From Tubulanus polymorphus (Eukaryota > Animalia > Nemertea), in NCBI RefSeq assembly GCF_964204645.1, contig NC_134025.1, positions 22,920,299-22,984,298 of the forward strand: a DNA stretch of 64,000 bases. The letters run 5' to 3'. Both the position numbers and the translations under genes were made by a program. Position 1 is the first letter of the stretch. The number at the start of each line of letters is the position of its first letter. Under the pieces are notes generated by a model. It searched no databases. It was not told the origin of the DNA and saw only the letters and a list, made by a program, of their open reading frames with translations. Shown here one piece after another: positions 48,361-61,331 of the stretch.

Positions 48361-51300
48361 ATGTCTTCTCTTTCTTCGAGGGAACTACAACAACAAACAA
48401 CGACGACGATGGACTCTACAGCGAAGGAAACGCTCAATAGCTTAATACTCCTCATTGCTGCTTTCAACTCCATCTTCATCACCGGTGGGATTCCTTATTC
48501 TATCGGCACCTATACCGTCGAATGGTTGAATGCTTTTAAGAATGGCAGCGGAGTCACTGCTTGGTTGGGATCCGTCAATTTGGCAGTTATGCTTTGTAGT
48601 GGTAAGTTGGCTTATCTATAGTGTAATGTAATCAACGTAGTCTTCTGAAAATTTGATCGCCACGAAGCCACGAATGCATTTTCGTTCGAGAAGTTCGTTT
48701 CAACATATATACAGTGTAAACCATGCATAAGTCGGATCATTTGGAACCAGTAGAAAAGAGCCGACTTACAAAAAATGACACAAGTCGGATTTTCCACTTT
48801 TTTTATAGTGAAAAGTCCGGCCATGGAAAACGTATATAAATTAAATGAAAAATACAGCAATGAAAATGAATGTAACTCGCGTGTTTATTTAACTACTTGT
48901 ATATACGTGGATACTTCACCCATGAATTAATTCGTAACACGATAGAGGAAATATTCCGATCAATTTGAATACAATGTTGCAACCAATTACAATTACTCCG
49001 TGGTTTGAACTAATCCCAGCAACGTATTGCATTCAAGATGTTTTTAAGACGTGTTACTCGAATTATAAAATGTATACAACGAATATATACACACGGTGAA
49101 AAGCGGAAATTTTATAACAGATTGGAAGTATGAAATAGTAATAACTCAAAGGTTTACAGGATTATAACTCGTAGCTTTGAAAATATCAGCCGTTTTGACA
49201 ATTATCGATGATCATGCTACTGTTTATTTTCCCATGAATATGATTTTTTTAAAATGATAATAATAACTTACCACCACACAAAAAACCTTCGTGAAAAGTT
49301 GGACACTATCACATTTCTAACTTCGATGTTTTAGGGCCGCTCTCTGGTATGATGGTAAACAAATGGGGATTCAAAAGAGTTATATTTGTTGCCGGACTGC
49401 TTTCGTCTGGCGGAATCGTTGCGTCAGCCTTTGCGACCAATGTTTACGTTCTCATCGTAACTTACGGACTTATCACAGGTAAGAAACAGAAAAAAACGAA
49501 GTCATCTCCAAATCTATTAATTTCACGAATTATGTTTTTTATACGCAGGATTTTACCTGTCAAAGGACATATTGTTCAGTTCCATGGGTTAATACAACGA
49601 GACGGATCGTAATAAAGTAGTACTTTAAAGGTTAACTAGCTCATTCGAAGTACGAGCTTTCGCCACTAGTGTAGTAGCTTCATCGGGCGAACGAGTCACC
49701 TGATGAAGCTACTATGCACTAGTACCAAAAACTCGTGTTGTCAAACAAACTAGTTAACCTATTAAGTACGATCCGTCTCGTTGTATTTATTCTACACTAT
49801 GTTAATACGGCCCCTCCACGAATCTTTATTAGTTCCATGGGTTAAGTGAATGTATATATATATCTCATTAAGTCATTTTGTAGGGCTAGGATTTGGTATG
49901 GCTCATGTGCCGACGATAGCAGTGATGGCTCAAAGTTTCAACAGAATGCGAACAGTTATGATGGCAATATGCATGTCCGCTACGAGTCTAGGAATGTTCA
50001 TTTTGCCGATATTTGTCAACTTTACCGTAAACGTATATGGCTGGAGGGGTTCGATCCTGATATTAGGCGGCTTTGCGTTGCATTTATCTATCTCGGGTTT
50101 ATTGATCGATCCTTCAATCGCGAGTTCCGCATTGTCGCAAAACGCCACCAAACGACCACACATCGACCAGGTCGAAGAAATTATCGGATCGATAACGAGC
50201 TTGAATCTGAAACCGGTCAAACCAAGAAACAAAATCATTCGGCTCGGAATGTTTAAACACAGAACCTTTGTCCTTCTTATGTTCCATGCATTTTTTGTGT
50301 CCTGCGGATACTTAATTGCCTACATACACTTGTCAGCGGCCGCGATTGATATTTACCAATTGGACAACGAAAAAGCGCGTTACATCATTTCAGCGATCGG
50401 CGTATCGAATCTCTTGGGCCGGGTTGTCCAAGGCGCGATAACGCATCACCCGAAAGTAGAAACGTTAGAATTGTATATGGTAGTTACATTTCTAGCCGGG
50501 GTCTTTCTCGTCATATTCCCCTTCATGGGCAACTATACGGGACTTATGGCGGCAACCTGTGGAATCGGATTTAGTTTTGCGGCTTATGGTTGTTATCTGC
50601 CTTGTGTAATCGCTGAATTGTTGGAAACGGAATATATAGCCGCTGCTTGTGGATACATTATGTTCTCGTGTGGAATCGGATTCCTTATCGGGCCACCTGT
50701 CGCCGGTATGACAAATATATTGTTAAACTAAATCTAAACGCATTGCTTATCAAAGAGGGGTGCAGCGGGGATTTCTGTTTCTGTTTGAAAATGTGCATTC
50801 CGAAATCGTTTTGGAAAAATCCTTAAATCAATGGCAAGGGGCGGATCCAGGAGGACTTGTTTGCAAGTCAATCGAGTGCTCTATTTCATTTCGTCAATAA
50901 AGATAATCGGTGCATTTCAGTGTGGGAGTGCGCCTAATATTGCCTTTCTCGACATCAAAATGTTTGGAATGTGTCAAGTCCTTCAAAATTTGCCTCTGGA
51001 TCCTCCCCCGAATAAAAACTATTTTGCTCATCGCGACTGCTCATCGTGCAGTTCTCCTTTCTTTTCAGGCATGCTCTACGACTATACTGGAAGTTATGCC
51101 AATTCGTTATATTTGGGCGCGGGGTTCGTTTTTCTGGGTATCGTTGTTACATTACCTCATTGGCTCGTGATCTGGTCGGACGCCTGCTGTGCAAAACGTG
51201 ACGTCACGACGACGCCGGCGAAATCGAACTATGTTTCAACAGACGATGACGACGTCGAGCAATGCAACGAAACTGACTCCTGTCTCGACAGAAGCGAAAA

Positions 51301-51406
51301 TAAGGAGGCTGCCAATGGATATGATCGTCAGCCGACAGAGGATGAATCACCTCTTCCCCAATTAGAACTACGAGTTGTACGTTGTCATATGCTCGTCCAC
51401 AATTAA
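48361..51406 (+). CDS. Monocarboxylate transporter (SLC16/MFS family, MCT12-like), 4 exons, about 514 aa
   Basis: Exons 48361-48601, 49335-49478, 49884-50705 and 51069-51406 (1545 nt, all phase-1 joins). About 12 hydrophobic segments; motifs TAWLGS, GPLSGMMVNKWGFK, YGWRGS, GPPVAGMLYDYTGSY. Confidence 0.9.
49593..49830. mobile_element. Palindromic insertion with two inverted degenerate minimal hammerhead motifs (Penelope-like retroelement remnant), flanked by a 15-bp direct repeat
   Basis: Inverted arms at 49591-49687 and 49699-49787. The arm consensus is CTGATGAAGCTACTA-cac-TAGTGGCGAAAGCTC. AGTTCCATGGGTTAA occurs at 49578-49592 and 49831-49845. Confidence 0.7.
50837..51010. mobile_element. 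MITE, CAGGGGCGGATCCAG family, in MCT intron 3
   Basis: AGGGGCGGATCCAG...CTGGATCCTCCCCC; same TIR type as 153-424. Confidence 0.6.
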
Positions 51407-52869
51407 GCCCCAAATAGCCTTGAAATCGTTATAGTCATAATCCTAGTACATACATACTTCTGCCCTTTAAATATATAATTATCTAGATAAGTATCAATCT
51501 TTCAATTGCACTCTTATCAAGGAAAATTATCGTTTTTGGTCTAGCCACCATTTTTTATTGCGTTGAAATATATTTTCAGAACAAATGAATCATTTGCAGC
51601 GACACGGAATGAGTAAGATGTTGATAAATCTCTACGAACTAATCTTCAAGTAAAAGAAGATAATGTAATTCACGCGTGAACTCAAATGCAAAGCGTCTTT
51701 GCATCGATGGTTGTGCCAATAACTCTGTCTCCTGCGATCCGGCGAAGAAACATAGACGATGTCTTTCAAGCGACGTGATGAGAACCAAACTTCAAGTTTT
51801 CATCTATGAAAAGTATTATATGTGTTTTAACATAAAAAACGGGTCAGAAATATATTGAAATAATGCATATTGCATCGAACATTATTATAGAAACTTAAAT
51901 GTTTATGTTCCGCTGAGTCATTTATATTATATATGGCCAGAAATATATATACATATATAGTCACTTTAAAATAAATCATTGGTTTTTTTCATTATTTTTC
52001 GTGTGTATGTTCCCAAGAAGGGCAGCCAGTATTATTATGTAAAGGTAACGTCAAAAAGCGAAAAATATTCTTTCAGCCACCGACGATGTTTCTAACTTCT
52101 TGCAATCATTTAACCATCGACGATCCTAACATTTTATACCGATCAAAGTTGTGAAAAATGCGAAAGTTTTGTAGAAAATAATCCGGATTTATTTCACTAA
52201 CGTCTCCTGATGAAGAAATGCCCATTTCGTACATGTGTTTATAATTCATCAGGTCTTGATTAAGTTATATATATATATATATACAATTGACGTTTGTTTG
52301 TTCAATATGTTTGAGTTTTAATTGTGAAAAGACAAAGAAAATTCAACACTGAAATCTGTACACAACAAATATAACGTATACTTTGGGTGTTCTTGGAAGT
52401 AACACATTAAAGTCTTAGATGTAATCGCCTTTGCTAATGTAGACCACATAACGGTGATCGCCTGATGGCCTATTACTCAATAAAAGCCTAGCGCCGCCTA
52501 GATTCAAACCGAAAATCGAAATATGTGACCATATTCACGTACACATGTAGGTCGAAGGTATATATTAGCCAACGTTAGAGAACAGACTTATAATTTCACG
52601 GACATATTTATAGGTCCAATGTTATATTGATAAATGGAGATAATGTCGACACAAAGTGATATACTCGTGCTCCAGATTTCACGACATCAAGTCTTAACAC
52701 TAGCAAATCGATGTCACAACCACGATAAGTGTATGCGTAATGCTGTCCAGTCTTAAGAGGCCGTGACCAATTCATATTATACCACAAACATTTCCGTATT
52801 AAGGAGACCATGGTTTGATAAGATAGTAGCTTTCATAAATTCCTTCAGTCTTCATCGTTCATAGGGCTG

Positions 52870-54995
52870 TCTGAAAAGGAAAAGAGAAGATCATACGTCA
52901 CAACCAGTAATAACAAGACACGACTATCAGACATCGCAACAACGACCAATCCATTTAAGTTGAACTTTTTTACGATGATATCGATGATTGGCGCGGGACA
53001 TAATGTCTAGTTTTAGCTTTTATCAACCTGTCAAATTAACGGCAATCAATACAGATATCATGTTTGAACGATTTCAAAGGACGACAGTCTATTCAAGTGT
53101 ACATGTATGTAGTCATGGGATTCGGCCACCTGGCAATGTTATTGAAAATGCATTTTGCGACGGCATCGATCACGTCATATACCGTATATTTTCATGTTTT
53201 TACATGTATCTAAATTACACGAGATAGACCGTTACCATGGCGTCGTCTGCATATACGTTGTAATAATGGAATTTGCAGTTTTTTTTTCAACAAAATCAAA
53301 TAAATGCAAAATCAAACGTGAACTCATAATTGCGCTCAAAACAGCAAACAGAAACGTTAGTATTATTATTATCATAAAGTTGACGGCGAAAAAAAGCAAA
53401 AAAAAGTATTGAATATTTGAGGTAAACCAGTTCCAAATGTCAAGAAGCTACGTATACGAAATGTTTGATAAGAGCTAGAAAATTATCAACCACAAAGAAA
53501 GATTAAAGTCTTGAAAAAACCAATCATTGACCTTTTGGAGGCATGTCAGTAGAGATTAGAGTTTCCCGTTTTAATGAGCTCCAATTTTGAGAGTGTACTA
53601 CACATTAGAACCGAAATAGAGGATAGAAAAACAGAATATTCCCTCGATGATGGCTTTTACGTCTGGACTAAGCCAGCGTCCAGTCAGCTGATGCGGAAAC
53701 AAAAAGCTGCAGCGACGGCAATTCGATATCCAGTTTGAATGCAAAACAGCTAATCGTGTCTCAAACGCTGTGTGTTATTTGTTAAACTGGAAATACAGGC
53801 CCCTTTTTTATGAAGCGGTGATGAAGAGAATGTCATTTAACGCCTTAACAGTGTTTCTGTGCGCAGATTCGAAGTTGAGAAAAGTAATGATCGATTTTGA
53901 AAGTTTCCGATGCCCGTCTAAATCACATTAAACATTAATGCCTTTCTCAAATAGAACAGGTTATCATCATAAAATTGGTTCATAATGTTAAATCACTTCA
54001 AGCCAAACGAACAAATTTGATTTAATTGACATGCACGGACGTCAACCAATTAATTAGATGCACAGTTGATGTCGATAACAGTCCAGTATTTAACAGTCTG
54101 AATGTATTTGAATTCGACCGACCATTTCAGCGCGTAGTGAATGTATTGATTATGCATATTATGAGATTTAGTTCAAATTGCAGGATATTCCAAGTTACCC
54201 CGCCGAACCACTTGTCGGTACGCAGTTGCGAAAAGCGTTAAAACGTTTAGCCATTTCCGACAAAAAACCAAAATGTATAGCACCCTACAGAGCTAGTTTT
54301 GCGAATGCTGTTATTAAGAATATTTGAAAAACCACACCCGCAGAGATAGAAACTGCAATGTTTCAGCTACTCGCAGGCTATATTCGTACAATATTTCGAT
54401 GGAGTCATTCAGGGCATATATGCATTCATCACAAAAACACCCACGTAAGACTGGTCTTATTTGTTTATCTTATTTACACGACTGTACGACCGGCACCTAA
54501 AGCAATAAAGCAATGCGTACAGTTCTTACATATCAGACTAATACTTGGTTGTTGTAGCAGTCGTTTGTGAAAACTCGGAAACTGCAAGAACACACATCTC
54601 CATCTTTTAATCAACTTAGTTAACATAAGATAAGATAAATGCACCCAATTATATTCATAAATTAAGTAGAATATGTATATACAACATTCTTTGAGAAATT
54701 GTGCCTGAGTAACTCACCATGGAGGCGAATTCGAGTTACGTCGTTCGGCTTTATGTCCGTTTGAGTGCATTCCAGATGAGGCCATAGCTCTGGCGTACTG
54801 TTGGTGATCCTGGGCGTACATTAGCGACCCTCTTCTCATAGGAGGCGGCCCGTGAGGTGCGTATTTGCGACCGTCCTTGTTTTGTTTGTCAGTTCTGAAC
54901 ATCTTGTTGCGTTCTTTTTGCTTGGAGATCTGCTTGGCGGTCATGTGAGATCCGTGCGCTCGCGGTTTGAAACAAACGCTCAGTAAAGCCCCCAT
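52870..54995 (-). CDS. Uncharacterised 92-93 aa basic microprotein, predicted myristoylated/palmitoylated (paralog A)
   Basis: ORF 54995-54714 (MGALLSVCFKPRAHGSH...) has an acceptor TTACAG 9 nt before the ATG and a donor TG|GTGAGT at 54718. Splicing to the acceptor at 52870 completes a TGA stop. 30/58 ungapped identity to paralog B. Confidence 0.8.
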
Positions 54996-57900
54996 GGTTC
55001 ACATCTGTAATTAAGGTAGCGATATTAATTTCAGAAGTCAGCCTGTCGCCCACTGAATTTTATGGCTTCGACTTAATCTGAATATCGAAGCCGTTCCAAC
55101 CTTCCGAAACGTTAATTAATTGCATCCGTTCTGGCGATGCATTATTGGTTTTCAAGAGGCACGACATGTGTATTCGTCCACACGATGTCGTTGCATCTCA
55201 GTCATCACGCGTATAGACGCTAATTTTACCCAATGCGCCGTAAATGACCCAGAACATCGATTAGAATTTTATTCTCACGAAGCTTATAAGTCGAAAGGGT
55301 CACTTCAACACCGTTGCAGTCATAATTAAACTAAATGCGACGAATAAAACGACCCGATTATTGTCCGTAGTTTTAAGAGATAAGTCGTTTTGAAATTAAC
55401 GTTTTAGGATTAACGACGTGAAAAGCTATCGGACCGGACAACAGGTGCATTTCCGCACACCGTAGTCATGGTTACTGCAGTAGAAAGCATCAGCAGGTAG
55501 CAACTTCGGCAGGGTTTCGCTGGTATAACTATTGAAATGTAAATTATTTTACGCTCGGTCGCATCCTCGTAAGTTGACACGATGCTTGTCGGAATGCATT
55601 TTTGACTTTCCGTTCCAAGAAAATCAAGTCAAAAGGTTATGAACTGCATAGTTGCACCGCAACTGTGCGTTAGTCATTACAAGTAGAATTTATTGGCAGG
55701 TCGTTGCTCGAAATGAAGAGGCCTCTGGGAACAAGAGAAGTTGGATTTCGACGTCGTTAAAGTATATCATGATATCACAATCTTTTAGCATAGGGTACAC
55801 ATCTTAATGGCCACAGCAACCACTGATGAATTGCTGATACACACATCACCGGGAGATCGGCTTTCAAAAGCAATTACGGGGACGCCGGAAGAATTATGAA
55901 TCTAATGGCAGACGCGTTTGAAATGCCATTCTTTTCAGTCGAATCTTGAAAAAATGTTGAATATCAACAAAATGAAATAACGAAAGTACCATAACCGCAA
56001 AATTACCAAGGCAACCGACAGACAGGTTTAGCTAGTTTATCCAAATCAGCGAAATATGGTTGAATAGCAAGGATAATTTTACATTCACCTTTCCGTACGC
56101 GTTATGTAGAATGTCTTTTCTCGTTTTTCCGATCGTGAATCAGTGAAACAGGATGAAAAAAGAGGATTTATAATCATGGATACAATCCATTTGGATGGCA
56201 AGCGCGCATCCGTGATCGAGGAGCGCTGGGCAGCGAGAAACTGAGTACACACAACAACGGTGCTTTTATTATGATTTAGCCTGAGGATGTTTTTCCTCGA
56301 AACGCGACATTTCATTAACTGCGCGAAAAGCAGATGATTGGAACTGATGCAGTCAAACCAAATATCTTACGACAAAGTCAAGCATATTGGTAAAAGGCAT
56401 AGATTAATGAGAAGAGCTTTCGTGGATTATTCCATTTATTGAATCAAATCATTTTGTATATCGTAGGATACTTTAAAGAATAACCCCTGTTTCGCTCCCG
56501 GCTGGTGCGGCGGGTTCGCAAGGGACACCAAAAAAAACCAAATCAAACGAAACCTACCGATTAGATAAATAACACGGGCAATCTCTATTTTAAGGTAAAA
56601 CAAAAAAAACTTACCACTTCTTTATTGCCCGCGTACAAATATTCTTTGACAAGTTAGCGAAAATTCAATATGAGATTTGCTCCGAAATTCCCAATATTTC
56701 CCAGCTGAATTTCGGTTCCGTATGACTATTGTATTTATGTCGCATATCGCATACGTACTTCCACACATCGTCTCATTAATGATTTTGGCCTCTTCAAATA
56801 TCAATATGTGCTAATTGTATAACGCTTAAAGCCAGAGGGATTGCAGTGGCCGTCGTACCTTATAATTCATGAATTCCTCGTTGAACTAGTCTGTGTTCAA
56901 CTGCGTCTAACGCTCGAGAGAGGATAACAAACCTACCTTACGATCGTTGAAAATTCGAAAGAACAAGATAAAACTGAATCCGTATAAACAAACAAGAGGC
57001 AGCTGGCGAAATGCAGCAGGCAATTTCCTTTCTCGTGCTAAGATCCGGGTGGAATACGGCTCCGAAAAAAGAGAACATCATCAAAATTACCATTTAGGAC
57101 CCACTGCTCATTAGAGTTCGTTTATATTCAAGGGAAAGACCTAGCCGTCTTCCGTACGTACGGCAATAACTACTAGCAAGGTTGCCACATTATGTCCTAA
57201 TTGATTTGCCCTTGTTAGAATTCTAACCTGCTTTACAATAAAAATTATCTACCCTGCAATTTTGCTAAATTATCTTGAAGAACGCGGCGGCGTCTTGGGG
57301 TCCATTATATACGATCTAAAAGATTTGAGAAAAAATCCCACTTTTGTTCGGTGATAACTATTTTGGTATTCCTTTCACGCTCCATTTTATATTCATTCAA
57401 AGGAAACGATTTTCCGTTTTGTATGAAAATCGAAATCTGCATATAACGAAAATCTTATCAAAATCTAAAACTTCGAGGTAATTTCAAGGTGATTTTTTTG
57501 TCAAATATGAAACATCAAGGAAATTAGTTCAGTTGTTACATCCTAATTTGAGTAACCCTGATGAGGCGTCATCATTCAAAATACAGGTTAAGATATTGAG
57601 GTTCACGGCAGGCGGCGGTGTACAAATCAAGCCCTCAGACGATGTGACGTGTTTTTCTAATTAAATTGACATCAGGTAATTGCGATATACGCGTCGAATC
57701 GACGATGATTCAATTGTCGAACGCAATTTACTCAGTCGGGAAATGATATATATCGAATTACTTTGTCCGTGTAAAAAGCGGCAATCGATTCGACAATGTG
57801 CGAGAGTAAACCCCTGTTAGAGATCTTAATGCGTAGAAATTTATCGCAACCAGCGCTTTAAAATGGCGGTTGTAAACGTGCTATTCGTCGTCACATTTAC

Positions 57901-58029
57901 GATTTCCTTTTTAGTAATCGTTAACGGTGATCGATCGCCTCTAAAGATGAACTTCTCCAAAAAATAAGCTAACAGGCAATCTCATGGGATCTACTAACAA
58001 CTGTACTGGTGGCTGCCAAAATTCGAACT

Positions 58030-58200
58030 CTCTTCTCTCTACTCGTTTTCCAACTTAACTACTCTCTCCCTCTACCAAGTTTCAACCACGTAATCTCTCC
58101 CTACCAAATTTAGTATGGTTTCTACAGAATCTGCAACCTCCATCAACCACTCTCCGACTAGAAATATATTTCCAACCACCAACACTACATACCAAGTTTC
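58030..58200. repeat. Degenerate pyrimidine-rich minisatellite (CTACCAAGTTTC / CAACCAC units)
   Basis: Recurrent ctctccc, taccaagtttc and caaccac motifs. Confidence 0.4.
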
Positions 58201-60967
58201 TGAATCATGTTTTCTGAATTATTCCCTTAGACTAAGCTATCAACATTAAATTTTTTTTTTCTTCGTTTAAACCAACTGTTCACATTAAATCATTATTTTT
58301 ATTTGTTATTTGTTTCCCCAGACGTTATTAATATTTATATCATTATTTGATTAACCCTAGTCAACTATCAACGGCTAAAACAGTTAGCGAGAATTCAGCG
58401 AACAGGGACGGCGTACGATACGCTTCTTGTGATTGAATAGACAGGTTACAGCCGCGACCGACCGAAGCTCAACCAAGTCGAAAGCATCTCGGCTTCAGTG
58501 ATCCAAGAAAAATATTCGACCAAATGGCCATCGGGGCGAATATAGCGTCAATATGTTTCAGATAACCTGCCTGTTCATCGGAATGGTTCATATTTCCCCT
58601 CATTCGTGGCAGCATCGGGGAATAAGGTTATTCCATTAAGCTAGCAAGTAAGAGGAATGGCTATCATCCATTTTGAAAGCATCGCCAAAATCGTGACTCG
58701 GAAAAGAAAGAATGTCCGAATGATAGCTCGCACACCGCAGTAAATTCGAATCACTCCAAATACGTCTCAATTAATTTCAATTCTGTTACAATCGGATTAT
58801 AGCCTTTTTAATTCATCGTTTGAACGGCAGTCTGTGCAATCGATAACCGGATTCGTTTTTCAATCGAATGAAAGCTTATACCCGTTTGCTGGCGACAACA
58901 AATAAAAGCGCGCTTGTTGCTTTGCAGTAAGATTATTTCCGAGCGATTCCCCAGCGATATTCGCACCGAATCACTTGAAAAGATTCGAGAGCGATGAGAA
59001 GAATTGGATTATCGAATATATTCCATAGAGATACAATACTTTATTGGCTGGGTCCCCCAATGACCTAACCTTAAAAAGCGCCATATGAGAGTCGATTCTA
59101 CTGGTAGGCCTACTCGTCGTATTGGCACGTGAGAAAATGAAATCATTTTGGAATAACCTTGGCGCTGACGAACATGACGACGAACGGTGATATGATTTTG
59201 CCTGACAGGCATCTAACAGCACACGAGATTCGGTAATCAGGAAAATGTGAACAACCCATAACAGTTCTAGAACGCCAAAAACCGGATTGTAGAAAACGAA
59301 TGCCACCGATGAAAATGACAGCAGGAAAAAATGCCACCAATGATTTTCTTCAACAGTCTAGAATGATGATAATAAAAATGCTACAAAATGTTATTTTCAG
59401 ACTTCTTCGATCCAGCTTCTATACACATTAGCTAAATTTCCCTTGAAATAGGAAATTGGAAATGGACATATCGTTTTTTTTTTTACTTCTTTAAGCTAGA
59501 AATAGGCATTCTTTTGGTTATTTTGCAATTTTTCCGTAAGCAGTAATAGCCCATAGACATGCTTTTGAATCTTAATTTCACAATGAGTGTTAATGCAAGT
59601 TCTAATGCGGTCGAGTTAATTGCATGAAAACTAGATCGCAGCAAACTATGATTGTAGATTGAAGTTATTGATGATTGAAATATAAAATCTTAATATGGCT
59701 GCAAAGCAGCGATAACGGTTTTCTGTACCTTTTGCATTAGACTTGAAGTATAGAAATTGATAAGATCATTGCCGGGGATTCGAACCTGATATCACAATCG
59801 GAGGAAATCGAGAATATTATTGAAATGGATGCCACTCTGATTCGGATATTCTCGGAGCCATCATCTTTCTTCGGCACATTAACCACGTCACAGATAAACG
59901 ATATGTACGCAAGGTCCTACGGCTATTACTTACCCGCAACAGTACTATATTTCTGAACGGTATTTCTTTTAGTGTACTGGTCCAGAGAGACTTTATTCTA
60001 TCTCTCGTCAGAATCAAAAATTACGTTTATGAGTTGTGTAGTCTGCGTACAGGTTAACAATTGAATAGAAAGATTAAGGATAATTAATCATTTTCCTACT
60101 GTGCAAAAAGTGGCATTTTTCCTGTGTCGTAAGATTTTTGGCATTTCTTTCTGGTCGCGTTGTTTTCGTTTACCATGAAAACCTGGTATGCAAGTTCTGG
60201 CAATACATTTCCTCGAAAATCTGGTATGCGATGTCCAGTGCGAATTTGTGAATGAATAATGTAAACGTACAGAAGTATAATAAGGTTTTTAAGCTGCGCA
60301 AAAACAGTCTGATTTTTGTAGATACGTATGCATTATTAATTTGGAATCGGAAAATACATATGGGAGACCCAGTGCAATGTGTTGCACACTGAATATCCTA
60401 GATTTTCTCAAATTACCCTTCAATAATCATTATGAGAACCGTTGCATCTGTGTATAAGTGTCGCAAATTACGAAATTTCCGTTACCAATTTCATTTCGCC
60501 TGACGACTTCCTTGCGAAATTAACTTATTTCGATATCATATCACTGCCTATGCGTGCATGTGTTTGCGTGCGTATATTTAAAACACCTGAAATAGGGTTT
60601 AGTTGATTACCGTTATAACAGTTGATTTTTGCATGGGGAAATGAATGATGCATATGGGAAAATGTGACTTAATTTCATTTACACCTAATATACGCTCAGA
60701 GGGACGCACCAGATCCCGCAACATATAATAATCACGGCCCTTCGCTTCGGAGCAAGATGCATATTTATGGCAGTCACAGTGGACATTGTGTTTGTTTCAA
60801 GGTTTTTACCGCACAACAATAGATTGTGAAGTCATCCATCAGCGTTCGTGTACATGACTCGAACATCAAAGTATATGACGCGAATATTGACACGGATTGC
60901 CCGTGTTTTAAAATCTGAGATGTCAAAGTATCTAGCGAAAGTACAGTTACGAACAGAACGACTTTTA

Positions 60968-61331
60968 AGCCTAGCGCACATCGACACTGCGATTGGAGAC
61001 ACAACTAGTTGCTACGTACCGAACGATTACCCCGCGCACATCGAAATCTAGTTACAACCGGTCAGTTGCAGCAACTGCATGGCGCGTGTCGATCGTCGAG
61101 ATCCAGAGCGCGCACATCGACGGATATGACTGCGATTGAGTACAACCAGTCGCTCAAAAGTAGAACATGGGCAACTGGCTGGAACTGGAGATAGATCGAC
61201 GCTTACCAATCGTAAGCTCGCTCACATCGACACATTTAAGCAACTGATCGCATCCAGCCAGTTCCTCACATGCGCCGAAAACTGCCTTGCAACTAGTTGT
61301 CTCAAATCGCAGTTTCGATGTGCGCTAGGCT
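60968..61331. mobile_element. MITE with ~44-bp TIRs and TTA target duplication (PIF/Harbinger-like)
   Basis: AGCCTAGCGCACATCGACACTGCGATTGGAGAC..AACTAGTTGC pairs with GCAACTAGTTGTCTCAAATCGCAGTTTCGATGTGCGCTAGGCT. TTA is on both sides, with internal GCACATCGA repeats. Confidence 0.85.

Noticed and set aside
49930-50238. Antisense and alternative-frame ORFs over MCT exon 3 (and similar ones over other exons)
   Set aside because: Shadow ORFs of real coding exons.
59771-59790. B-box-like GGTTCGAATCCCC on the minus strand
   Set aside because: No cloverleaf or A-box can be built; at most a SINE-head fragment.
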